A stretch of DNA of 64,000 nucleotides from an uncultured Chloroflexia bacterium (lineage in GTDB: Bacteria > Chloroflexota > Anaerolineae > CG2-30-64-16), in contig CAVZDU010000001.1 of NCBI GenBank assembly GCA_963774265.1, forward strand, positions 992,001-1,056,000, written 5' to 3'. Below, piece after piece: positions 21,635 through 31,841 of this stretch. The notes below the pieces were generated by a model that saw nothing but the letters and a program-made list of their open reading frames with translations, searched no databases and was not told where the DNA came from. The stretch's first letter is position 1, and every line of letters begins with the position of its first letter. Both the position numbers and the translations under genes were made by a program.

Positions 21635-23120
21635 CTACTTTACTTCCGTCATGCTTGGGGGCTCCTTGAGATCGAGTCCCCGGGCGGCCCTTGCCTCGAT
21701 GGGACCGTACAGGTCACTCAGACCATTGATGTTGACGGCCTCCAGCCAGTAGTAGAAGGTCCAGTTTCGGGGGAAGCTGGTGTCCTGGTATTCATAGGTC
21801 GGCGCCCGGAGGAACTGCCGGGTAGACTTGCTAAGGATCAGATCCGGTCGTTGATCCTGGTCCGCTCACCGTCGACTTTCTTGGCGCGATACAGGTTGAA
21901 GCCCAGGTTGCTGATCTCGCTGGTCGTCTCCCAGGCCAGCACGATGGCTTTCCGCTCGGCCGTCGCCGTGAATGACCCCAACTCGACCGCCGTCGGTACG
22001 GCAGTCGAACAGGAGTTGTTCCCTGAGATCGGGTCGACCTCGAATCCTGCTACGCTCGCCATGTTCGCCAGGTTGTCCGGCGTGGCCGCTGCGTTGTACC
22101 GCGGATCGTCCGAGCCGACTGCAGGTGTGCCTTTCCAGATCACCACATTCAGGGTGATGGCTGAGGCCGTAGCCGGGCAGGCCAGGTTGGCGCCGATGTT
22201 GCACGTCACGATATCCCCGTATCCCTGGCAGCCGCCAATGTCGTCGGAGCACTTTTCTGTGGGGTCCCGGCGCGGACGTGCAGCCGGTGGCCAGCGTCCC
22301 ATTGACCTTGAGCCAGACGGGCAGGTCGTCCGTGATTTTGTACCCGGAGGACTGGAAGCAGGGGGTTGTGTACTGCACATTGGACACGGCGATCTGGTAG
22401 TTGAACTCGCCGCTCGCCGGGATTGTGGTCACGGAGGACGACTTCGTGCACGTCAGGTCTACCTGGTTGAGAGTGACCTCAAACGGGACCGACTGACACT
22501 TACATTTGGATCCAACATCCGGGCAGCCATTATTTCCTGGGCAGTTATTGCCTACATTATTGTCGTACGCCGAGCAGGTGTTAATTACGCCGGTCGTATT
22601 GGTCGCAGTGCACTGGATCGTGACCGGACCAACTTCCTTCGTGACCGGGGAAGCTGAACTCATGTCACCACACATGTCTCCGTTCTTTTCGTTATCCCAG
22701 TAGGGTGGAAAAGGTGGAGTGTTGGTCGGTTGCAGGGTGCCGTCCAGATAGGTCGAGTAGCAAGCCCCGGTGCGGAGCATCGCCGCCGTCGGTCGCGATC
22801 CAGGCTGTGGGGTCGTAACGGGTTGTTGCAGTAGACTGGAACTCAGCCAGGAATATGTACGTTCCTGTGTCGCCTACAAACATGCAGGGTTCAATTACCT
22901 TGAGGGTGCTAACGGATGAAACCGCCGTGTCCCCTGCCGAGCATGGGGTCGTCTTTGAACATGTATCCGCAAAGCATGAGCCCTGCCCCCAGTCTATCTG
23001 CTGAGGAAATTGCGACTCCGCCGCTGCCGGCTGCCCTCCATTGACAAGGCCGGCGACCAGGGCCAGCGCCAACAACAGGACGGCGGCTGTCGCTGTCGAC
23101 AAATATCTGCGCTTTTTCAT
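21635..23120 (-). CDS. Secreted Cys-rich protein with DUF11-like domain and C-terminal PTAVxLxSF domain (frameshifted)
   Basis: Signal MKKRRYLSTATAAVLLL; about 20 Cys; DLTCTKS...ITDDLP...DPISGNN; PTAVELGSFTA...WETTSEISNLGFNLYRA...YYWLEAVNING. Confidence 0.72.
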
Positions 23121-23352
23121 TTGTTCTTCCTCCCTAAGTTAACCGCAACGGCGGCGTGCGATCGCCGCGGCCATGATTCCATATGTTGCGATCATCGTCT
23201 CGGAGTCGATCGATCCATAGGCGCTTCCCCTTCCACGACATCATGCCGAATCCGGACGCGGAGCGCTTCGACGGTGGTGGACACGCAGCAGCACGCCTGC
23301 CGGTAAGCCAAAAGTGTCATAGTGCTTGTAGATTGAAGCCAATATTACCACA
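23093..23352 (-). promoter_or_regulatory. Conserved promoter/5' leader, copy 2
   Basis: Homologous to 21119-21378; TGGTAATAT extended -10-like element. Confidence 0.65.
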
Positions 23353-23631
23353 CAATCGTTTGCTACGCGAACATAGAGATGCAATCATAGAATCAAGCGA
23401 TATTGTGATCGCACGATCGTGCGATCGCCGCCCTCGGAACGCCATCCCTCCCCGGCCGCCAGGAGGGCGCCAGCCTGCAGCATGCGCGCGCACGGCATAC
23501 ACCTAGCGTAGCCATTATGGAGGAGGAAGATTAACAGTGCTATGAAGGAATCGTCCGCGACGTGACACATTTTTCATCTTCGGTGTTCCGCAAACGGCCT
23601 GTCCGCGATCGTCCGCTGCACCGCCGCGCGC

Positions 23632-23660
23632 TTGCCGCCCACACGGCCGGCAGCTATAAT
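23632..23660 (+). promoter_or_regulatory. Sigma70-type promoter
   Basis: TTGCCG-17 bp-TATAAT, with a GTG 7 nt downstream. Confidence 0.7.
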
Positions 23661-23667
23661 GCTTCCC

Positions 23668-24840
23668 GTGACTGAACCGCTGGAGACGCCCGAAGCCGCC
23701 TACCGCCTGCTCGCCGCGACCTGGGACCCCGCCCGGCGCCCCGCCTCGGATGCGATCCCGTGGGCCGAGGTGCTGAGCCTGGTTGAAGGCAGCAACGTTG
23801 CGCCCGCGGTCTACGCGGCCGCGCGGGATATGGCAATGCCCGCCGGGGTGCACGACGCGCTGGAGCAGGCCTTCTACCGCTCTGCCGCGGCGAACACGCG
23901 CTGCCTGCACCAGCTGGCCGGGGTGGCGGACGCGCTGGCTCGCACCGGCGCGCCGCTCCTGCTGCTCAAGGGCGCGGCCCTGGCCGAGACGCTGTACGGC
24001 GATCCCGGCCTGCGCACGATCGGCGACATCGACCTCCTGATCCCCCGCGAGGCCGTAGGGCCGTGCCGGGACGCGCTGCTCGGCCTCGGGTACCGGCCTA
24101 CGCAGCTCGAGGAGCAGCCAGGCAGCCTGCTTGCCACGAGCAACCAGGAGGCCTTCGAGCCGCCGCCGCCCCACCGGACCCTGGTCGAGCTGCACTGGCA
24201 CATCCTGGACGTCCCCTACTACCTGCACCACATCCCGGTGGCGTGGTTCTGGGAGAACTCCGAGGCGGCCGAGATCGCGGGCCGGACCTTCCGCGTGCTC
24301 ACCCCCGAGGCCAATCTCATCTACCTGCCCGCCCACCTGGCGTTCCACCACCGGTTCCAGCGGCTGCACTCGCTGTTCGACCTGGCCCTGCTGATCGCAA
24401 GGAACCGGGAGAGGATCGACTGGGCCAGGGTCGCCGCGGCCGCACACTCCTTCGAGCTCCTCACCGCGCTGGCGGAGACCCTCGACCGGTTGGCCCGGTG
24501 CTGGCCCACGCTGCCGCTCGACGAAGCCCGCCGGCAGGTCGCCGCGGGCGCGCCGTTGGCCATGGACGCCCGGATCTACCGGCACCTCATCGCGGCGCCG
24601 CGCAGCACCCCCCTGCGCTTTTACACGACCCTCGTCACTCTGCCCGATCTCGCGGCCCGCGTGCGGTATGCCCGGCTCGTCGTCTTCCCCCAGCCCGGCT
24701 ACATGCGGAGCCGGTACCGCGTGGGGGCGGATTGGCAGCTGCCGTACTGGTATCTCCACCGCCTGGCGAGCGGGCTGGCCCGGTTCGCGGCCGCGCTGCC
24801 GCCGCGCGACGGATCGACCGGATTGAAGATTGAAGATTGA
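23668..24840 (+). CDS. Nucleotidyltransferase family protein (NTP_transf_5-like)
   Basis: LLLKGAALA, RTIGDIDLL, VELHW and LFDLALL motifs. Confidence 0.85.
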   Translation: MTEPLETPEAAYRLLAATWDPARRPASDAIPWAEVLSLVEGSNVAPAVYAAARDMAMPAGVHDALEQAFYRSAAANTRCLHQLAGVADALARTGAPLLLLKGAALAETLYGDPGLRTIGDIDLLIPREAVGPCRDALLGLGYRPTQLEEQPGSLLATSNQEAFEPPPPHRTLVELHWHILDVPYYLHHIPVAWFWENSEAAEIAGRTFRVLTPEANLIYLPAHLAFHHRFQRLHSLFDLALLIARNRERIDWARVAAAAHSFELLTALAETLDRLARCWPTLPLDEARRQVAAGAPLAMDARIYRHLIAAPRSTPLRFYTTLVTLPDLAARVRYARLVVFPQPGYMRSRYRVGADWQLPYWYLHRLASGLARFAAALPPRDGSTGLKIED

Positions 24841-24855
24841 AGATAGGAGTCCTGC

Positions 24856-27385
24856 ATGACCTCACCTGTTGAGCTGACTGCTGCGCAGCTGCGCCGGCGG
24901 TTTGATCCCGCCCGCTTTGACTTTGCCTCGACCGCGGACGCGCCGGACCTGGAAGGCATTATCGGCCAGGACCGCGCGGCGGCCGCGATCGAGTTCGGGC
25001 TGGAGATCCCCTACCCCGGGTTCAATGTCTTCGCCACCGGGCCCACCGGCGCAGGCAAGACGAGCATCATCACCCGCTACCTGGAGGATAAGGCCGCGGC
25101 TAGGCCGGTGCCCCCCGACTGGGGTTACGCGCACAACTTCGCTGAGCCGGACCGGCCGATCGCGCTCCGCCTGCCGCCCGGCGGCGGCAACCTGCTGCGG
25201 GATCAGGTCAACACGCTCCTGACGCAGGTCGCGGAGACGCTGGACAAGGTCTTCGTCAGCGATCAGTACGTGCAGAACCGCAACACGCTGGGCCGCCAAT
25301 TGGACCAGGTGCGCGCGGAGCGGTTCCGGGCATTGGATGTGACGGTGAAGGAGCGCGGCTTCACCCTCACGCGCGGCGAGGCCGGGTTCATGTTGACCCC
25401 GGTCAAGGACGGCCAGGCGCTGACGCCCGAACAGTATGAGGCGCTGCCCGAGGCCGAGCGCGATGCCATCAACGAGCAGGGCCAGGGCGTGCAGGAGCTG
25501 CTGGAGCGGACGGTCCACCAGGTGCAAGAGCTGGAAGAAGGCGCGCGCGAGCGGTTGGCAACCATGGACCGCGAGGTCGCGGGTGCGGCGATCCAGCCGT
25601 TGTTCGAGCGGCTGTTAGAAGAGTACGCGGACTGGGAGACGGTGACGGCCTACCTCCTGGGGGTTCACAGCCATATCGCCGCGAACAATACGGATTTTCG
25701 CGGCCAGGCGCAGCCGGCGCCGGCTGAGGCAAGCGATGAAACCCCGCCCTGGCTGCGCACGCGGCCGGGCTCGCCCCTCGATCGCTACCGGCTGAACGTG
25801 ATCGTCGACAACAGCGGCCTGCACGGCGCGCCGGTGATCGTGGAGACCAACCCGACCTACGCCAACCTGGTCGGCCGGGTGGAGATGCGCGCACAGTTCG
25901 GCACCCTGGTGACCGACTACCGTTACATCAAGCCGGGCGCGCTGCACCGCGCCAACGGCGGCTATCTGCTGCTGGATGCGCGCACGCTGCTGCGCCAGCC
26001 CATGGCCTGGGAGGCGCTCAAGCAGGCGCTGCGCAACCGCCGCATCCGCATGGAGGACATGCTGCAACCGGTCAGCGTGCTGGCCACCACCACCCTCACC
26101 CCGGAGCCGATTCCGCTGGACGTCAAGGTCGTGCTGATCGGCGACCTGCAGACCTACTATGCCCTCTACGCGCTGGACGAGCAGTTCGAGAAGCTGTTCA
26201 AGGTGCGCGCCGACTTCGCCGTCGAGATGGCCTGGACGACCGAAAACGAGCAGAAGATCGTCCAGTTCATCCGCAACCGCTGCGACGAGTAGGGCCTGCC
26301 CCACTTCGACATGAGCGCGGTGGCCAAGGTCGTCGAGTACAGCGCGCGGCTGGTGGAGGACCAGGACAAGCTCAGCACACGCTTTGCGCTGATCACCGAC
26401 CTCATCCAGGAGGCGGCTTTCTGGTCCAGCCGGGCGGGCCATGCGTTGGTCACCGGCGAGGATGTGCGCAAGGCCATGGACGCGCAGAAGAACCGCTCCA
26501 ACCAGTACGAGGAGCGGATGCGCGAGATGATCACGGACGGCACGATCATGGTGGACACGACGGGCGCGGTGGTGGGCCAGGTCAACGGCCTGGCCGTGCT
26601 CGAGCTGGGCGACTACACGTTCGGCCGGCCCAACCGGATCACCGCGGTCACCTACCAGGGCCGCGCCGGGGTGATCAACATCGAGCGCGAGGCGCGGATG
26701 AGCGGCCGCACCCACGACAAGGGCATGTTGATCCTCGCCGGTTTCCTCGGCGGCCGCTACGCGCAGGACAAGCCGCTCAGCCTGTCGGCCAGCATCGCCT
26801 TCGAGCAATCCTACGACGGGATCGACGGCGACAGCGCCTCCTCGACCGAGCTGTACGCGCTCCTGTCCAGCCTGGCCGAGCTGCCGATCAAGCAGGGGAT
26901 TGCGGTCACCGGCTCGGTGAATCAGCGCGGCGAGATCCAGGCGATCGGCGGGGTGATCTATAAGATCGAGGGCTTCTTCGATGTGTGCAAGCCGCGGCCG
27001 CGGGCCTGACCGGCGAGCAGGGCGTGATCATGCCCGCGTCGAACGTGGCCAACCTGATGCTGCGCGACGATGTGGTGGACGCGGTGGCCCAGGGCAAGTT
27101 CCACATCTGGCCGGTGCGACCGTGGACGAGGGGATCGCGCTGCTGACCGGCGTGCCGGCGGGCGAGCGCGATGCGGACGGCCGCTATCCCCCCGACAGCG
27201 TCAACGGCCGCGTGGACCACAAGCTGTTCGACCTGGCGGATCGCCTGAGCAAGTTCGGCCAGCGCGACAAAGACAACGGCCGCAACAAGGAGCACAAGGA
27301 CGAAGAGGGCGAGCCTGGGGAGGAGCCGGACGAGCCGCCGGCGCCCCCTGAGCCGGGTCTGCCGGGGGAAGCGCAATCCGTGTAG
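24856..27385 (+). CDS. Lon-like ATP-dependent protease (AAA_32 plus Lon_C); in-frame TAG at 26290 and frameshifts near 26995 and 27115
   Basis: [37 protein letters not shown]...DGDSAS (Ser), TGSVNQ, KIEGFF (Lys). Confidence 0.85.
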
Positions 27386-27410
27386 AGACGTTGCATGCAA
27401 CGTCTCTACA
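27381..27410. repeat. REP-like palindrome
   Basis: Perfect TGTAGAGACGTTGCA|TGCAACGTCTCTACA. Confidence 0.9.
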
Positions 27411-27440
27411 ACATCATCCCATGAGAAGCGCTGCACATCG

Positions 27441-27998
27441 ATGACGCAGTTCCGGAGTCAGCACCGCATCGAAACCACACGGCTGCCCGGTTGGGACTAC
27501 CGGAATGGCGGCTGGTACTTCATCACGATTTGCACCAAGGACGGGTGGACCTTTTTCGGTGATGTCGTGGATGATTTTGTGCGATTATCTGCCCTGGGTG
27601 GGGCAGCACAGCAATTCTGGCTGGAGATCCCGGAGCACATTCCCACAGTGGCGATCGACGTTTTCGTCGTCATGCCAAATCATATCCACGGAATCTTGGC
27701 GATTGAGCCGCGTTCCGCACCCGTTGTAGAGACGTTGCATGCAACGTCTCTACAAGCTCAGGCAATGTCCGCCATGGCGCCAAAGGCTGGCTCATTGGGG
27801 GCAATAGTCCGATCCTATAAGTCGGCCGTGACAAACTGGGCGAAGCAGAACGGGTTCGTCGATTTTGCCTGGCAACCACGCTACTGGGATCACGTTATCC
27901 GCGACGAACGCTCTTTGCACGCTATCCGGCAGTACATCAGTGATAACCCACTACGATGGGCGTTGGATCGCGAGAATCCGACCGGCCCGAAGATGTAG
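27441..27998 (+). mobile_element. REP-associated tyrosine (Y1/HUH) transposase, RAYT
   Basis: RLPGWDY, YFITIC, VMPNHIHG (HUH), WQPRYWDHVIR and YISDNP (catalytic Tyr); flanked by GTAG palindromes. Confidence 0.9.
27724..27755. repeat. REP-like palindrome inside the RAYT ORF
   Basis: Perfect 32-bp palindrome translated in frame as [11 protein letters not shown]. Confidence 0.9.
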
Positions 27999-28112
27999 AG
28001 ACGCAACCAGTTGCAGAGACGTAGCCTTTTGTAGAGACGTAGCCTTTTGCAGAGACGTAGCCTTTTGCAGAGACGTAGCCTTTTGTAGAGACGTAGCATG
28101 CTACGTCTCTAC
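27995..28112. repeat. Tandem array of five 18-bp REP half-sites ending in a full palindrome
   Basis: G(T/C)AGAGACGTAGCCTTTT units (first one degenerate), then GTAGAGACGTAGCATGCTACGTCTCTAC. Confidence 0.9.
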
Positions 28113-28125
28113 AAAAACATAACAT

Positions 28126-29550
28126 CTACAACTCAGCGCGTGCTTCGCGCAATACCCCATAGTCCTCGCGCAGCGCGGCCAGCTCCCCGCCCTGCACCGG
28201 ATGATCGCCGTAGTGGACGCGCATGTACGCGGTCGTGATGCGGCGCAGGCGCTCCTCTTCGCCCGGGAAGACCTGCGCCAGCACGGGCAGGTAATCGTCG
28301 GGCGGCTGGCTGGGGAGGCGCGGCTTGCCCCGCTGCCGCGCGAGCCGGCACAGGTTGGCGTAGATGTTCTGCACCGAGATCGCGGCCAGCAGCTCGCGGC
28401 CCACGCCGAACCGGCGGATCAGCCCTGCCGCGCTGCGCAGCGAGTTGAGCGTCCGGCCAAGGATGCCCCCGCCGAAGGTGGCCCGGTCCAGCCCCTCATC
28501 CTCGGCCTCCCCGGACAGGCTCGATTTGCGCACCCGCTCCAGGTAGAGCAGCAGGAAGATGACCAGGCCGAGCAGGGCGAGCACCGCGCCGGCGACGAGG
28601 ATAACATCCCGCACCAGCTCGAAGGGCCAGGCGGGCAGGCGCTCGAAGAGATTCGGTCCCGTTTCCGCGCCGGTCGCCGGCGGGCCGATCTCCGCCAGCT
28701 CCGGGTTGAAGCGGCCCAGCATGCGGACGATCGCCCCCTCGAGCCAGAGCAGCACGGGATTGAGCAGTCGCGCCACCACGACCAGGAGGGCCAGCAGGAG
28801 AGGGCGCATGAGCTGCCACAGCGGGTCGAACAGGAGGAAGAAGCCGCGGATGTCCGCGTTCGTGTAGACCAGTGAGACCAGCCAGCTCACGCCGATCGCG
28901 CCGCCGACGGCCGCCAGGACCTGCAACAGGCGCTGGGGCGGGAGCAACCTGCCGATGCTCTGCGCATCGGCTGCTTTTTCCGAGATGCGGCTGATCGCGA
29001 CCGCGGAGAGGCCCAGGGCCAGGTACAGCCACAACAGCCCCAGCGGCGCCACGCCGCGAATCCCGCCGAACAGCGCTCCGCCCACCAGCAGCAGAAGCAA
29101 GCCGCTGCGGAATGTCACGCCTACGCCGAAGAAGTTCAGATCACGCGAGGTAGCCGACGACGCGCGCTGCCAGAGGAGGAGGTTCGCGGCCAGGAGGACG
29201 ATGACCGGCGGCAGTCCGCCCGTCCAGTTCGCCGTATCAGCCAGACTGCGGCCGATCCACGACAGGTCCCACGGCCGGCCGCCCCCGTACAGCACCAGCC
29301 GCACGAGCAGCAGGCCGACCGCGACCAGCAGGCCGAGGGCGAGCGTGTCGTAGAGGGGTGATTCGGCCGCGCGACTGAGCAGCTCGATCGCCAGCATCCA
29401 CGCCAGCAGCCCGCCGAGCGCGATCGCGTAGGCCCCCCAGGGCGAGGGCGCGGCCGTCCATGTCAGGCTGAGGAACGGCGCGATCCACGCGGCCTGCATG
29501 GCTGCCAGTAGGAGATGGAGGAATGCGACGCGGCGGTTAGCTAACAGCAT
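28126..29550 (-). CDS. Multi-pass membrane protein with C-terminal DUF4129-like domain
   Basis: Many TM segments; IYANLC...RLPSQPPDDY...ITTAYMRVHYG; in an operon with DUF58 and MoxR. Confidence 0.75.
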   Translation of the reverse strand: MLLANRRVAFLHLLLAAMQAAWIAPFLSLTWTAAPSPWGAYAIALGGLLAWMLAIELLSRAAESPLYDTLALGLLVAVGLLLVRLVLYGGGRPWDLSWIGRSLADTANWTGGLPPVIVLLAANLLLWQRASSATSRDLNFFGVGVTFRSGLLLLLVGGALFGGIRGVAPLGLLWLYLALGLSAVAISRISEKAADAQSIGRLLPPQRLLQVLAAVGGAIGVSWLVSLVYTNADIRGFFLLFDPLWQLMRPLLLALLVVVARLLNPVLLWLEGAIVRMLGRFNPELAEIGPPATGAETGPNLFERLPAWPFELVRDVILVAGAVLALLGLVIFLLLYLERVRKSSLSGEAEDEGLDRATFGGGILGRTLNSLRSAAGLIRRFGVGRELLAAISVQNIYANLCRLARQRGKPRLPSQPPDDYLPVLAQVFPGEEERLRRITTAYMRVHYGDHPVQGGELAALREDYGVLREARAEL

Positions 29551-30799
29551 GGGGTGCGATCACATCTTCCACCAGGTGCGGCAGGTGGTACACCGGGATT
29601 CCCCGCAGCAGGCGCGCCGGCGGTTCCTCGGCCAGGGTGAACAGCACCACCCTGCGCCCCGCCGCGATGCAGATCCAGCAAGGTCGCAAGCAGTCCGTCG
29701 TGCGCGATGGCCGTCACCACGAGCAGGGTCGCGCCCCAGGGCAGGCGGGGCGATTCGCGCAGCAGCAGGTGCTTCGATTGGCGTGGATGCGAACGGGGTC
29801 ACCGCGGCCAGCAGCTCCAGGATGCGCACGAGCTGGTCCGGGCTGCGGCCCGGCAGCAGCCGCAACGGCTGGTCACTGCCCGGCAGGACGCCGTTGGCGA
29901 TCAGCCCGACGGGCAGCCGCGCACCGGCGCACACCTGGGCCAGGCTGCCCGCCACGCTGACCGCGCGCTCCATCAATTCGGGGATGTGTCCCAGCCAGTG
30001 CCGCTCCAGGGTCGCGACGTTCAGGAAGATCAGCACCTGCGGCTCCTGCGTCGGCTCGTAGAGGCGGGAGAGCAGCGCCTGGTGCCGCGCGGTCGCCTTC
30101 CAGTGGACGCGTTTCATCCCGTCTTCGGGCTGCCAATCGCGGATGCCCGCGTAGCGCAGGGGGTCTTCGACCAGGTGGGCGTCCGCCGCGCGCTCGCCGA
30201 ACGGGTTCTTGGCCGGCAGGCGCAGCTCCTCCGCGGGATAGAGCTTCGGGTAGACGATCAGCCGCTGCTGGCCGGGGAGGATGCCCTTGGCCGAAAACAT
30301 CCCGAAGCCGTCGCCGCTGCTCAGGGTGGCGGGGCCGTAGGTGTAGTAGCCGCGCTTGTTGCACTCGACCGCGAAGCGTCGCGTCAGGCAGCCGAAGACG
30401 CCGGGGTTCCAGAAGGAGACGAATTCGCCCTGGTTGCTCACCGTGTTCAGCCGCACTTCGTGGCCCTGCACGGGCAGGTTCGCGGGGAAGTTGTCGGTCA
30501 CGTGCAGCCAGGTGACAGGCAGAAACTTGCGGTTGCGCACCTCCAGCGTGAGCTCGACCGTCTCGCCGAGGAATGCACGTGTCTCGGACAGCGTGCGAGT
30601 ATAATCCACACCGAAGAGCGCGAGCCCGTTCCACAGTCGGCCCAACAGCGGGATGATCAGCAGCGTGCCTGCGCCGGCCAGGAGGAACGCGTTGCGTGTG
30701 ATCAGCCCGGCAACGGTCAGGATTAGTCCTAGACACGATCCAGGCGTCGGTGAACTGCGTGTCCTTCTGAAGGTCGATGAAGCGCTTGCTGCTGCGCAT
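29537..30799 (-). CDS. DUF58 domain protein (frameshifted)
   Basis: KRGYYTYGP, VYPK, GIRDWQPED...VHWKATAR motifs. Confidence 0.8.
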
Positions 30800-30833
30800 G
30801 GGTTTCCCTTGCCCGCCACTATATTGTATATAC

Positions 30834-30893
30834 TGTAGAGACGTAGCATGCTACGTCTCTACAATACAATGGCGGGCATGCTACATCTCTACA
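30834..30893. repeat. REP-like palindrome plus degenerate half copy
   Basis: TGTAGAGACGTAGCATGCTACGTCTCTACA followed by GCATGCTACATCTCTACA. Confidence 0.85.
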
Positions 30894-30902
30894 CTAAAGA
30901 AG

Positions 30903-31837
<935 letters not shown>

Positions 31838-31841
<4 letters not shown>

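Noticed and set aside
12516-23120. Island as a decaying pseudogene cluster or programmed frameshifting
   Set aside because: The same indel pattern breaks asnS, xerD and other housekeeping genes, and catalytic motifs are intact. Sequencing error is more parsimonious, although true decay cannot be excluded without reads.
15983-24840. Lasso peptide cluster
   Set aside because: No asparagine-synthetase-like cyclase or transglutaminase-like B2 gene is seen; the maturase is a radical SAM enzyme.
27995-28112. Tandem repeats as a CRISPR array
   Set aside because: The 18-bp units abut with no unique spacers, there are no cas genes, and the units are REP half-sites next to a RAYT.
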